This document shows, in pieces, positions 1 through 12,052 of a DNA stretch of 64,000 bases (the stretch's first letter is position 1; each line of letters starts with the position of its first letter). The notes below the pieces were generated by a model. That model was given only the letters and a program-made list of their open reading frames with translations, made no database searches and had not been told where the DNA came from. Source of the DNA: Stegostoma tigrinum (Eukaryota). The DNA lies in the NCBI RefSeq assembly GCF_030684315.1, contig NC_081361.1:32842704-32906703 (forward strand), given 5' to 3'. The position numbers were made by a program, and so were the translations under genes.

Positions 1-73
1 AAGATGACCTCCCAACTGCCACACAACTCAACACATTTGATATAAATGATAAAGTGGCTTTGGGCAAACTGTT

Positions 74-275
74 ACAGAAATAGTAGTAACTGCCGATGCT
101 GGAGAATCTGAGATAACATGGTGTGAAGCTGGATGAACACAGCGGGCCAAGCAGCATCAGAGGAGCAGGAAAGTTTGACGTTTGGGGTCGAGGATCTCGA
201 TCCCAAACGTCAAACTTTACTGCTACTCTGACGCTGCTTGGGCTGCTGTGCTCATCCAGCTTCACACCGTGTTAT
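74..275. mobile_element. Fold-back (palindromic) PLE terminal-repeat insertion, family A
   Basis: Two inverted copies of the PLE terminal repeat centred near 193 (GTCGAGGATCTCGAT). Flanked by CTTTGGGCAAACTGTT (58-73) and CTTTGAGCAAAATGTT (276-291), a TSD with 2 mismatches. Confidence 0.85.
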
Positions 276-2310
276 CTTTGAGCAAAATGTTTCTGTTTTG
301 GATTTTCTTTGCACTATTTCTTTTTGGTGAGTGAATGTCTTCTGATTGCACTCTGTAGCGAGGTGGGTCAATTTTCCTTCGTTTTTCAGAAAAACATTTA
401 CAATTACATAGTGCCTAGAAAAGATCTTCCTTCATTGCATTCAGATAATCAGACAGAATTGGAACCTTAGGAAGTAGAAATGGCAAACAACTTCCAAAGT
501 GTTACTAGGTTAACACCAAAAAAAATCAATCAGTCTCCTATACAAATAAATTGTCCCGACATGCTGCTTTATGTTTACCTCCTGATAGCGCATGTTGCTC
601 TTTTGACTTTTAAGTGGACGTGCATCATTATTACAATTTGAAAAGATTTGCTGTATATGATTTGAAGACTCACCTTTCCGATGATCTAAAGAATTTGCCA
701 GCAAAAAAGATTCATGGTTCAGGCTTTTTAACCTGGACGTGTTGCTTTCATATAAACTAATCTTATTAAAGCATGTTTTTTTAGCTTTCACTCCAGATTC
801 AGAATTTGAAGATGGGGTAGTTATATTGCGACAACAATGGTAACATTCACTAAGGTTTGTAATATTGGGTCCACAAAAAACTTGTCATTGTTTATGGTTG
901 CTTGGCTATAAGCTTCAAATTGGTGTCCATTGTAAGCAATACCAAAATCGTCTACGTTAACTATGTTTATGTATCCAGGATTTAGACATTGCCATGCTCC
1001 TGTTTTATGTGAACTCTAAAGTACTTTTTGGATCTTAAAAACCGATCGTGAAAGACTACAAGAAAGCTGGCTGCAGAAGGAGCACCTGAGCTTCACTGTG
1101 AACCAAGGGGGTCAGGCCATATCTGACAAAAGGACAGTCAGAATTGAAAATTACCTTAGTGAGATTGCACAAAGTCCTCTATCCAGCAAAAGGAACTCTA
1201 GAAAGTTTTGGTATTTGCGGTCACTAAGTAGGTTTTCACATATGCATTAGCAATTTTCACCTGATGCTGGTGATGTCAGGAATTGACCAAAATCAATCTT
1301 GGGTTGTTAACTTAGAGCAGCTGACTCCTTTTGTGGAGAGAATCATTCCACACAGTCTGTCATCATGGAAACATGCTGACTGATGTTGACTGTAGTCCTT
1401 TTCCTGAAATAAATCAAAAGGTAAATTGAAATGGGATACAGAGAAGCATTTTAACTCTGAAGATGTGAATGTCACAACAAATGTTCAGTTGACCTCAGCC
1501 TCACCTCATTTGGAAAAACACTTTGAAATGCACACGATGAGATGGTGAGTGTTTCTCAGTATCTTAGCAGTTTCCTGCTGCTGGCCCAAATAAAACCATC
1601 CAAACCTTTGTCTTACACCGTTAGCTGGAAAGGAGTGAGATCCACTTCAACCACCAGCAACTGGATAAATTCCTATCCATTCTACTGGTGAGACAAGCTG
1701 GCTGTTCAGCCATAAAATCCCAGCATCACTGAAGATCTGATTTGGTTTTAGCCATAACTCAGATAGTGGGTCTTAGTCCCATTCCAAAGTCGTGATCCCC
1801 ACATGAATGTTGACACCGGAGAGTGTGGTACTGAGGGAGTATTGTGCTGAGGAGGCACAGTCCTTTGGGTGTTATTAAACCAAGACCCTATCTAGGCACC
1901 TGCAAATGAGCCCATGGTACTAATTCAAGAAATGCAGGACAGTGTCTTGGGCATGATCACATTGAAACATACTAATGCTGTTTACTAGACTGCATGTTTG
2001 TTTTAAAGTTAGCACAACATGCAGTCAAATAAACAGCATTTAATGCAGAAATATTGACAGCAAAGTTCGTACAAGGTGAGTGCAAAACAAAGTTGGTAAT
2101 GAACGAACAATTTAACGAAAAATAATAAACATAGAAAGGTTAGCAAACGGTGTGCAGTAATTGCACATCCAGGGGATTAATGGAGTACAAACAATACATT
2201 GAAACTATTCCAGCTCTCTCCTGCGTGGTCGCTATTTTAACCTTACTTTCCAGCCTAGTTTACCTTATGTCCCTTCCACCAGTCGTAATGGACAGAGGAA
2301 GTTACTTACC

Positions 2311-2570
2311 GCTCAGAGAAAGGATGAATGTGAAAAATAACACGTCTCTTTCGGGAAGCTCACGGTGATGTCGTGGGCGACCTTCAGCGTGTGAACGGCA
2401 GAAGTGCTGATGCTGATCAGCGCGTCCCTGCTCAACACTGCTGCTGCCGGAGGCCCCAGCTCCCTGTATAAATCTGCACCTCACTGAGCGGCCTGCTCCC
2501 CCCTGCCTTTCTCGTTGCCACTGGGAACGAACCGTCCGTCAAATTTTGTCACAAGCCCCCGCCTTGCCTT
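2311..2570 (-). promoter_or_regulatory. Possible CpG-enriched promoter/first exon of a minus-strand transcript running leftwards
   Basis: Locally CpG-rich against a CpG-depleted background. Consensus donor GAGCG|GTAAGT on the minus strand at 2310. No recognisable protein. Confidence 0.3.
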
Positions 2571-2896
2571 GTGAAAGTAAATAGGCCTGTGATATGAGGC
2601 AGCCGGAAAGGAACTTTTCTGTTTCAAAGTTATGATAACAAGAGCTCTTGTTCAAGTGAGAAAAATGCTCAGCCAAAACGGTGTTGGAGAACAGATCAAT
2701 TTTTATATGTTTTCCCACATAATCTCACCAGTATTTGCCTGCTCTACCTTCATGTGGTGCTGGGTAAGAGGTAGTTTACTGCCGTCATTCCTCATTGTCT
2801 TTACTTTGCCTTTTGCAATTAGTGACAGAGGATGTATCACGACAGAATATTTACAGCAGAGGCACTGCATTTAGGTGACGAGATGGTTTATTGCAC

Positions 2897-3030
2897 AAAA
2901 ACCGAAAGAACTGCAGATGCTGGAAATCAGAACCAAAAAGAGAAATTGCTGAGAAAGCTCAGCTCGCCTGGCAGCATCTTTGGAGAGAAACCAAAGTTTT
3001 TTGGGCCCAGTGACTGCTCCCCGGAACTGA
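2897..3030 (-). mobile_element. PLE terminal-repeat relic, family B
   Basis: AAAACCGAAAGAACTGCAGATGCTGG...AAGCTCAGC...GGCAGCATC matches the arms at 10875 and 11714. Confidence 0.7.
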
Positions 3031-3196
3031 TGATTTACTGCACAATGGCAAAACATACAACCTCATTTAGTCAGATTTTATTACGAGCCCCTTTTGGGAG
3101 CTGGCACAGAAACATCTGCCCCTCCAAAACCTAGATTTCCCTGTCTCTACCCACAGACTGTGTGTGACATCAGACTAGGTTAGATTCAGGATAGAC

Positions 3197-3324
3197 CCGA
3201 TGAAGGGTCTCGGCCTGAAACATCAGCTTTCTTGCTCCTCTGATGCTGCTTAGCCTGCTTTGTTCATCCAGCTCTACACCTTGTTATCTCGGATTCTCCA
3301 GCATGTGTAGTTCCCATTGTCTCT
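3197..3324 (+). mobile_element. Solo PLE terminal repeat, family A (degenerate hammerhead plus tail)
   Basis: CGATGAAGGGTCTCGGCCTGAAACATCAGC...GTTATCTCGGATTCTCCAGCATGTGTAGTTCCCATTGTCTC. Confidence 0.8.
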
Positions 3325-3730
3325 AACATTAGATCCAGAACTATTTTACAAACATCTCACCCCAAACGGTCTCACACATAGTCATACTGCTTTGGGTGTA
3401 GCTGTGTGACTTACCATTTTTATGCTAAGTGTTATTATCAGGGAGTTTCATGGAAGGTTTCCCACCTTGGCTCAAAGTGACATATCTCACAGATCTTCCA
3501 CTGTTCACCTTATTAAATCTACAATGTCCTTCCAACCCATCAGGCAGCACTGTAACATTCATGTTACTGGTCTCTGTTTAAAGCAAAGCTCCATACCACT
3601 TCAAATGCTAGGAGCCAGGAACTCCTTTTCATACTATGCTGCTGGACCATTGTTTGGAAAGGAAATATCCCCAAAAGGAAAAGTGACAACCCACTTTGGT
3701 GAAAGGGACCTCGCCACAATGCTCTTCATT

Positions 3731-4040
3731 GAATCCCTGCGGTGTGGAAACAGTCCCTTTGGCCCAACAAGTCCACATCGACCCTCAGAGCATCCCACCC
3801 AGACCCATTTCCCCTATAACCTACCTAATCTACACATGCTTGAACACCTTGGGCAATTTAGTACGACCAACCCACCTCACCTGCACATCCTTGGACTGTG
3901 GGAGGAAACCAGAGCACCCAGAGGAAACCCACGCAGACACGGGGAGAACGTGCAAACTCCGCACAGACAGTCGCCCGAGGGTGAAATTGAACCCGGGTCC
4001 TTGGTGCTGTGAAGCAGCAGTGCTAACCACTGAGCCGAGC
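3731..4040 (-). mobile_element. HE1-type tRNA-derived V-SINE
   Basis: Minus strand reads GGCTCAGTGGTTAGCACTGCTGCTTCACAGC...CCCGGGTTCAATT (A/B boxes), then V-domain GGAGTTTGCACGTTCTCCCCGTGTCTGCGTGGGTTTCC and a LINE-like tail. Homologous to 17108-17451. Confidence 0.88.
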
Positions 4041-4059
4041 TCCTCTTCAAAACATTTGT

Positions 4060-4450
4060 AAAGATCAGTTCAGCAATTGCAGATCAGTCAGTTTAACCTT
4101 TGTAGTAGGGCAAATTGTGGAAACAATTATTCAGGGTAGAACATACAGTCCATGGAAAGATGTGGATTAATTTGGAAGAGTCAGCATGGATTTGTTAAGG
4201 AAAAAAATGCATCTAAATAACTTACTGGAGTTTTTGAGAGCAAGCAGAGAGGATCAACGAGGGGAAGACTATATTTGCGGCATGCATTTACTTCCAAAAG
4301 GCCTTCAATGTAGTGCCACCACAACAGACCTGAGGAAAGTTATAGGTTTAAAAATAAAAGGGCCAGGAGCAGCTTAGATACAAAAGTAGTGGAGGGATAA
4401 GGAACAAAGAATAATTTTGGGCCGGGAAGGTTTGTAGTGTAGTTCCCCAG
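4060..4450 (+). mobile_element. CR1-type LINE RT fragment (decayed)
   Basis: GAGTCAGCATGGATTTGTTAAGG (SQHGFVK) and TTCCAAAAGGCCTTC (FQKAF) RT motifs, frames broken. Confidence 0.65.
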
Positions 4451-4820
4451 GCTCTCTGTTTTAAATGAAAACAGAAAATGCTGGAGAAACTCAGCAGGTC
4501 AGGCAGCATCTGTGGAGATACCAATGGAAGGCTGAACTTTACTTCTTTTTGGGTTAAGTGTCAGTTGCATTAAGTTTTTTAAGAGGGTTTTTCACTGATT
4601 AGGTGAAATCTTAGCAAACTCACCTCATTAACTAGATACCCCAACCCATGACATCTCTCTCATCTGATTCCAGCTCCTCCTTACCATGCAGTACTCCTGG
4701 AACAGCCTTGCACTGCCCTGACATCCTAGATTCAACAGGCACAGTATAAGGCTGTCTTGTAGCTAGACAACTGCTGTTGTCCGGCGCTGCCCTACACAGT
4801 ACTTGACGTTTGCCCTGGAC

Positions 4821-5360
4821 ATGGCAGACAAGGGAAATTTGCGGTCTCACTTTGTGGCTGAAGCCCTCGAGGTCCTGCTGGACTGGTGAGGCGAGCAGGC
4901 AGAATGTTATCTTTCCCCTGGACCAGCAAAAGAGGCCACGGCACCAGATCATAGTGCTGCTCTGAGGTTGCCTCCCAGCTCAGTGCACATTCAGCATTTG
5001 GAGGAACGCACATCAACACAGGGAGGAGATCAATGATCTTGTCCAGTCCACGAGCATAAGTGTCACCTTCTTCTCTCTGAAACCTTACACTCACTCTGAC
5101 CCTGCTGCTGTACTCACTTCCATCAAGGCTCATGCTTTGCTCTTTTACTATTGCTGACAATCACCCAATTCAACCCTGTTACCACTAAACCTGTATGCTC
5201 CCTGCACTGCCTACTCATTTGCTTGGCACACCTCCTCAGCTGCGTTGAAAGTTGTACTGTGCCACCCACATCCATTTCCTGTCATATTCTCTAACTCCAA
5301 GAGGAAAACAGTGCACAATAAGGCAGAACGAGTAAAGAAGGGTGGTGACCTGCCCAACAC
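4821..5360 (+). pseudogene. PIF/Harbinger Myb/SANT-like DNA-binding protein relic (apparent two-exon structure)
   Basis: Manual translation across frameshifts: MADKGNLRSHFVAEALEVLLD / SRQNVIFPLDQQKRPRHQI / SEVASQLSA / WRNAHQHREEINDLVQS, then from ~5302 RKTVHNKAERVKKGGDLP. This fits the Harbinger Myb/SANT pattern F...LE.L......W..VA......R...QC.K..NDL....K..HN..ER..TGG. Confidence 0.65.
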
Positions 5361-6180
5361 ACCCTTTATGTAGACAGTGTCCCGACTCTCACTGTCGTGA
5401 CCAGCTGACAGACCGTGTCCAAGCCCCAGGATTGGTTTCGGAGGCTGCCATTGTCTTCCTGTGCCAGGACCCCCCACTGTGTGAGGGCTATCTCCCTTCA
5501 CATGACTGAAGCCCGCTAACAACCGTGACCAGGTTCCTGCTTATGTGTCTGCTCTAAGCTGAAAGGCAAATCAGAAGTATTTTGAGCCTGATATCTTTGG
5601 CTGAGGGGGCAATGTGCATAAAGGCAAGACAAGGCAATGCAAGGCAGCGATGCTGTGAGCGCTGTAATAGTGACTTAAGAACTAGGAAATGCAGCCTGAA
5701 TCAGTCCATTAGCTGAGTGTATGTTCCTCAAAATACAGCAAATGTAGGAGCATTGCAATGATAGTTGCCAGTTCAGCAATGAAGTGCAGCAGTGTACTGT
5801 ACCTGCATTGGAAACATGCAATGAGAGTTCTTAGAGGCTGACAAATATTGGATGCCGATGTTTGTGGGCATGGCGTGTGTGTGGTTGATGCCCATGGAAC
5901 GTGCCCTGAAGTGTTGGTGCCCACTGTCTAACATGGATGTCCTTTGGAGCAAGTGGTGAACCTATATGCCCGCTCTGATCTCCATGTTGACATTCCTTGA
6001 TTCCTAACCTGTTTGGTGAATTTGGTAAGATAGGACGCTGAATATTTGTGAGGCACATTGTATCATTAATAGGCACTTAAAAAAAATTAACAAGCTGTAA
6101 TCCACTTTAGTTAGCAACTTGTCATTGCCTAGCGAGAATCTCACCCCACCAATCATCAAAAGCATTAAAGACTGTGCAAA

Positions 6181-6409
6181 GATAACAAGGTGTGGAGCTG
6201 GATGAACACAGCAGGCCAGGCAGCAGAGGAGCAGGAAAGCTGATGTTTCGGGTCTGGACCCTTCTTCAGAAACCATTTTTTTTTCTGAAAAAGTGTCCAG
6301 ACCCGAAACGTCAGCCTTCCTGCTCCTCTGATGCTGCCTGGCCTGCTGTGTTCGTCCAGCTCCACACTGTGTTATCTCCGACTCTAGCATCGGCAGTTCC
6401 TACTGTCTC
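6181..6409. mobile_element. Fold-back PLE terminal-repeat insertion, family A
   Basis: Inverted arms 6181-6272 and 6280-6409, each with a hammerhead-like core. Tail on the right arm only. Imperfect TSD AAAGACTGTGCAA / AAAAACTGTGTAA. Confidence 0.85.
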
Positions 6410-7586
6410 AAAAACTGTGTAAGATGCTACCATATTCGAGACGTGCTTTGCTGGAATTCCAGTCTGTTTCTGCCACAAATCACACTGTAGCCCGAATCAC
6501 TCACCCATGTATGATTCCTCCCGTAGTTCAACCAAAAAACCTTGGGCTGGCCCTTTCAGGAAGTTTCAGATCATATTGGAGTGGCTCGTGACTGTATTTC
6601 CCTACCGTTGACCAAAAATAAATTAAATGCTTATTTCTTTAATAGCTGTACAAACAGATTGCTCAATAAAATTTCCAGAATCTCGTAGCTATTACACATT
6701 AGCTTCAACAAAATCAAAAAATCAGCTAATGCAGTGGAAGTGTGCCAGCAAATAACCAATACGTGAAGTTGTAATGCACAGATAGGTAGAGTTCGTTTCC
6801 AGCTTGTGTTAAAAAGAATAGAACTGTCAATCTCGTATTGCTTACTTTCTTCTATTATGAAATATCACTTGAAAAAGAAGGCTGTTGCGTACTATTTAGT
6901 AATAACGTAGTCAGACAGGCGTCAGGGTGGTACACCTAGTCTATTGTTATTCTTCAGAGAGGTGACATTGCTTTGCTTAAGAAGAAATTGTTAGTACAGG
7001 AGGAACTTTATCAATTGAAATTCAATGGCCTTGAAAGTAAGAAGAGTCTGTACTTGTTTTATGGCTCAAAGCCTGGATAATCTTGGCAGGCAGCAAAGGA
7101 CATGTTCATAAAGATATTTCTTTGTCACACCTGCTAACCTGCGGACTGGATTAGTTATGATTTGACCTAGTTAATTTCAGGCCAGTATCAACTTGCTTTC
7201 TAAGATTATACTGTTGAATGAGATGAAAAGCATGATAACTCCTCAGTCCCAGTTCACAAAGATTCGACTCAATTAATGCTGTTAATGGGCAGAATTGTAA
7301 CGGTGAGATTTGCGGGGGTGAAGGGGATGGCAGTGGTGATTGGGTGAAACGTTCAGGAGTTTGGCCAGTTCTAAATTTGACTTCACAAATTAGGAGGCGA
7401 GTAGGAGATCCTTATGGAGCTGTCAGGTAAATAATTTCAATTGATCAGTTGTAAATTTAATCCAGAATTCTAGCTTTAACAACATGCTTGAACTGTGTGG
7501 AACTAGCCAGGGTCTATAAGTCAAGAGCACAGCAGGAAATTATCATTGATCAATGAAACTGACAAAGTGGAAAGCCTTTAAAGAGG

Positions 7587-8175
7587 GATAACAAAGTGTG
7601 GAGCTGGAGGAACACAGCAGGATCAGAGGAGCAGGAAAGTCGCTGTTTCGGGTCGGGACTCTTCTTCAGAAGTGGGGAGGGGGCAGGGAGCTGGGAAATA
7701 AAAAGAGAGAGGAGAGATGGGGCTGGGGATGGTAGGTGGGATGGTGATGGCTGAGTGCAGGTAGGCAGTAGTGGGGATTGGTCAGTGAGGTGGGAGGGGT
7801 GGATAGGTGGGAGAGAAGATGGAAAGGTTGTGTCAGGTCAAGGAGGTGGGGATGAGAGGGAGGGTTGGACGTGGGATGAGGCTGGGGTTGGGGAGATTTT
7901 AAATCTGGTGAATTCCATGTTTAGGTCATCGGGCTGTAGTCTCTCGGGGTGGAATATGAGGTGCTGCTCCTCCAGTTTGCGGGTGGTGTCATTGTGACAC
8001 TGGAGGAGGCCCAGGATGGACATGTTGCCCAGGGAGTGGGAGGGGCAGTTAAAATGGTTCGTGACCAGAATGTGTCATCATTTGTCACATAGGTGCTCTA
8101 CAAAGTGGTCTCCAAGCCTCTGCTTGGTCTCATCAATGTAGAGGTAGCCACATCAGGGGCAGCGGATGCAGTAGA
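7587..8175 (-). mobile_element. 5'-truncated Penelope-like element (GIY-YIG C-terminus, 3' UTR, terminal repeat)
   Basis: ORF 7838-8023 MSILGLLQCHNDTTRKLEEQHLIF... matches the other PLE copies. Pyrimidine-rich UTR and terminal repeat on the minus strand. Confidence 0.85.
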
Positions 8176-8329
8176 GGGAAGCTACTTAGCTGTTGCCCTG
8201 ATTGTGTGATAGTTTTGCGCAGACAGGACTAGTGCTGTGAATGTGCTTTCATTGCTTTGAAGGTAATTGTCAAATTTTGGAAGCTATTCCACCCTACTTT
8301 GGGCTTTATTCAACTTGGTCTGTTGTCCG

Positions 8330-8990
8330 AAGTCCTTTTGTCAGCCTTCACTGCCAGCACACACTGATAGAAGGTCAGGTTCCTGAGGATGACTGTCCAC
8401 CAGCACCAATGGGGATCAGGTTTCCATGGCAGATCATTGTGGACATTTACGACCTCCTGGAAGGCGACTTCTTTACTATTGGATCAAACGGACACAAATT
8501 ACCAACATCCATCAAAGTCACCACAGGCAGAGTTTATTTGCCACTAGTTCCTTTCAGGTGGTTCAGGATTGTATAATTTATTGCCTGGATGTGCTTCTCT
8601 CGGGTGACTGATCCCACATTCACCAATGATGCTGCTTATTTCCACTTTACCACTGATGCGGCCAGTCGGACACAGAGGGCTTTTGCTTTGCTGTATTGAC
8701 TATGTTCCCACAGGTCCAAGAGGTCATGGAATCCACATGTGCTGCATTCAAGGTGCCCTGAGATCAACTTAATCTTCATTAATTGCAAGGGAATCATCCA
8801 CTCCCTCAACGTTCAGATCATTTGTGACGACTGAAAAATGCTCATGCATGTTGACACTTGATATCTACGGGATTGCCATGATTTTAGTCACAACCCACAG
8901 ATTTTTGGACCACCACACAATGTCAGGGGTTGGCTCCTTGGCGACAGGGGCTACCCTGTGAGAGCCTGGAGGATGACCTCTTTAAGGAAC
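8330..8990 (+). pseudogene. PIF/Harbinger (HARBI1-like) DDE transposase relic
   Basis: Collinear motifs: IRFPWQIIVDIYDLLEGD..GHKLPTSIKVTT, LFATSSFQ, MFPQVQEVMESTCAAFKVP (8702), FINCKGIIHSLNVQIICD (~8775), MHVDT*YLRDCHD and [16 protein letters not shown] (8931). These correspond to the family motifs GxIDCTH, NRKGxHSxNVQxxCD, YPGSxHD and LLGDxGYP. Contains stops and frameshifts. Confidence 0.8.
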
Positions 8991-9029
8991 TGATGTGCAG
9001 TGGCTGTAACACAAGCCTCACTTCTACAC

Positions 9030-10478
9030 AGGGTATGTGGAACAGTCCCTTTTGTGCTGTTACCTGGCACTAGCCCTCACCTCTTCCTCTGCTACTTCAA
9101 TTGCTGTATCAGGAGCTTGAACAGCTCATCAATTTTACCAATACCTTTCACCCTAATTTCAAATTCATCTGGACCATCTCCGATACCTCCGTCCCCTTCC
9201 TGGGCCTCTCTGTCTCCATCTCTGGTAACCTCCCCAGCACCGACATCAATTTCAAACCCACCGACTCCCACAGCTGCCTTGACTACACCTCCTATCACCC
9301 ACCTTCCTGCAAGGATGTGATCCCTTACTCCCAACTTATCCACCTCTGCTGCATCTGCTCCCCAAGACGGAGCGTTCCACTTATGGGCATCCCAGATGTC
9401 CTCTTTCTTCAAGGTCCGCAACTTTCCCCCTCCAGTGATTCATAATCCCCTCAAACCGCATCTCTTGCATTTCCCACACTTCTGCCCTCAAACCCCCTCT
9501 CCCCCAACAAAAATAAAAGACAGAGCCCCCCTGCTCCTCACATACCACCCCACCAACCACTGAATCCAGCGCATCGTCCTCTGCCACTTCTGCCACCTGC
9601 AATCTGACTCAACCCACAACAAGATATTTCCCTCCCCACCCTATTTGCCTTTCATAGGACAGTTCCCTCTGCGACTCCCTTGTCCACTCCACACTCCCCA
9701 TTAAGCCCACCACACCCGACACCTTTCCCTGCAGTTGCAGGAGGTGCTACACATGCCTCCTACACCTCTCCCCCTCACCTCCATCCAAGGCACAAGATAA
9801 ATTTCCATTTCCAACAGAGATTAACCTCCTCGTTCTCCAACCTAGTCTACTGTATCCATTGCTCTCGATGCGGACTCCTCTACATCAGTGAGGCCAATTG
9901 TAGACTTGGTGACAGATTTGCGGAGCATCTGCGCTCTGTACGTCACAATCAAAAACACCTTCCAGTCGCCAACTGTTTTAACTCCCTCTGCCACTCCCAG
10001 GTTGACATGACCATCCTGGCCCTCCTCCAGTGCCACAATGACTCCACCCGCAAACTGGAGGAATGTCACCTCATACTCCACCTCGAAAGCCTACAGCCCG
10101 ATGGTCTAAACATTGAAACTGGTGAATTCTAAATTTCCCACCCCCAGCCTCATCCATGTCCAACCCTCCCTTTCACCCCTTCCTCCTTGACCTGACATTA
10201 CTTGTCCATCTCCTTCCCCACCAACCTGCTCTACCCTTCCCACTGACCAATTCCCACCACTCCCTACCTGTGTCCATCTATCGCCATCCCACCTACCTTC
10301 CCCCATCCCCGCCTGTCTTCCCTCTATTTTATTCCCCTTCCCACTCCCCAGTTCTGAAGAAGGGTCCCGACCCGAAACATTGACTTTCCTGCTCCTCTGA
10401 TGCTGCCTGACCTGCTGTGTTCCTCCAGCTCCGCACTGTATCAACTCTGACTCCAGCATCTGCAATTCTTGCTGTCTC
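9030..10478 (+). mobile_element. Penelope-like element, 5'-truncated (RT C-terminus + GIY-YIG + terminal repeat with tail)
   Basis: ORF pieces LINFTNTFHPNFKFIWTISDTSVPFL..KPTDSHSCLDYTSYHP and NLVYCIHCSRCGLLYISE..RLGDRFAEH. Hammerhead-like CTGAAGAAGGGTCCCGACCCGAAACATT at 10354. Confidence 0.9.
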
Positions 10479-10871
10479 CGCCTCTCTTTAGTTCATCTGA
10501 GTGTATGAGGCCATTTGACAGTGCAGTCACAAATTCACTGGTTCTCCCCTCAACACTGTTCATTGCACGGTCAAAAATTCAACTGGCACACTCCTACCTC
10601 TTTTTTTCCTCTTATAATCTTCCATAACTATTCACCCGAAGACTACTGTCCAGGGCAAGTGGGAGATGCAAAAAAAGTCGAGACCAAGGGAATGAAGAGT
10701 TCAAATAATGTGAAATAGACATTAAACAAGTGTACAAACAATGTCAAACATACTGAAGTGAATCCTCATGTGCAACTATTGTATCTTTTTCATTGACTAA
10801 ATTGCTCGTACATACTGTTAATCCTGTGGCTTCGGGTGAATTGCAGGCAGGCTGCTGGCTCCTCTGTTCCA

Positions 10872-11120
10872 AATAAAAACCAAAAGAACTGTGGATGCTG
10901 TAATTCAAGAACAAAAACAAAGTTGCTGGAAAAGCCCAGCAGATGTGGCAGCATCTGTGAAGGAGTAAACAGAGTTAACGTTTCGGGTCCGGTGACCCTT
11001 CCTCAGAACAGTGACCCTTCCAGTTCTGAGGAAGAGTCATCGGACCCAAGACGTTAATTCTGTTTTCTCCTTCACAGATGCTGCCAGACCTGCTGAGCTT
11101 TTCCAGCAACTTTGTTTTAG
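10872..11120. mobile_element. Fold-back PLE terminal-repeat insertion, family B
   Basis: Inverted arms meeting at ~11010-11020. Tail on the left arm only. TSD TCCTCTGTTC at 10860-10869 and 11122-11131. Confidence 0.85.
10974..11009 (-). ncRNA. Minimal type I hammerhead ribozyme motif (PLE family B)
   Basis: Minus strand GTT-CTGAGGA-A-GGGTC-ACCG-GACCC-GAA-ACGT-T-AAC: CUGANGA and GAAA cores, 5-bp stem II, palindromic ACGU stem III, GUU/AAC stem I. Confidence 0.7.
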
Positions 11121-11712
11121 TTCCTCTGTTCTGTCAGCTGAAGTGTCCTCTGAGTGTTAGAGTCCATCAGGGCCTCACCAAAGTATATCCCACTCGTATA
11201 TACGGAGGTTCAGAATTGATCAACTGGCTGGGAGGCGGCATTTGCAACACATCTTGGGCAACAGTGAGGGGAGGCAATGACTCAGAAGTGAGGTGCCTTG
11301 AGCAAAGTTATGCCAAAACCCTTTGCAACATTGTCAACCTTCCTCTTATGTCCCAAGAGCAGTGTCTAATTCTCCACAATCCATTAGTGATACAATGGCC
11401 AGTGAGTTCGACATTAGAAAAAATGCCGCCCACGTCCTGCATTTCCCTTAGCTTGCTGGTTTACAATGGCACCCCATTTTCCTCATACAAATGAAATGTC
11501 ATAGATCTCGCTTGATTTGCGCAGTAAACTTGAATTAAATACATCAAAGAAAGTCACGTCTTAAGATCAGCACAAGTACTCTTTTTGACAAAAAATGTCT
11601 ATGAATGTCACCACACTCCAAGCCATGTCATGACTTGCCAACCCATTTTCACCTACTTATTGTCCCCATTATCAGCTTTTCTTTCCCCTGAGCATGATTT
11701 CACCCATCCTTT

Positions 11713-11892
11713 ATAAAAACCGAAAGAACTGTGGATGCTGTAAATCAGAAACAGAAACAGAAGTTACTGGATAAACTCAGCAGGCCTGGCAGCAGCTGTG
11801 AAGAGAAATCAGAGAGACTGTTTTTGGGCTGATGACCCTTCCTCAGTTCTCCAGACCTGCTGAGCTTTTCCAGCAACTTCTGTTTTTGTTTA
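11713..11892. mobile_element. Fold-back PLE terminal-repeat insertion, family B (short right arm)
   Basis: Left arm with tail, inverted right arm CCAGACCTGCTGAGCTTTTCCAGCAACTTCTGTTTTTG. TSD TCACCCATCCTTT (11700-11712) / TCATCCATCCTTT (11893-11905). Confidence 0.8.
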
Positions 11893-12052
11893 TCATCCAT
11901 CCTTTGTCTTCCTAGCTGTAATTCTGTGTCTCTGGCCTCCATCTCCATCTATCCTCTCACTTTATTGCCACCATCACCCCCCCCCCTCCCCCACCTTCCA
12001 CCTACACCCCTGTCTTCACCTTAAATACACTTTTTCTCAAATATCATTTGTC

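Noticed and set aside
3422-4061. 196-aa and 121-aa ORFs as host genes
   Set aside because: They read through an antisense HE1 SINE and show no domain signature.
6165-6422. Repeated short ORFs such as MELDEHSRPGS... and KKGPDPKH as a peptide gene family
   Set aside because: They are translations of the non-coding PLE terminal repeat on both strands.
7587-10478. One 2.9-kb fold-back PLE that captured a Harbinger transposase
   Set aside because: The arrangement is suggestive (inverted PLE ends, tail on one side), but I found no convincing TSD and the arms are quite diverged. Two independent insertions into an older Harbinger relic is simpler, though not proven.
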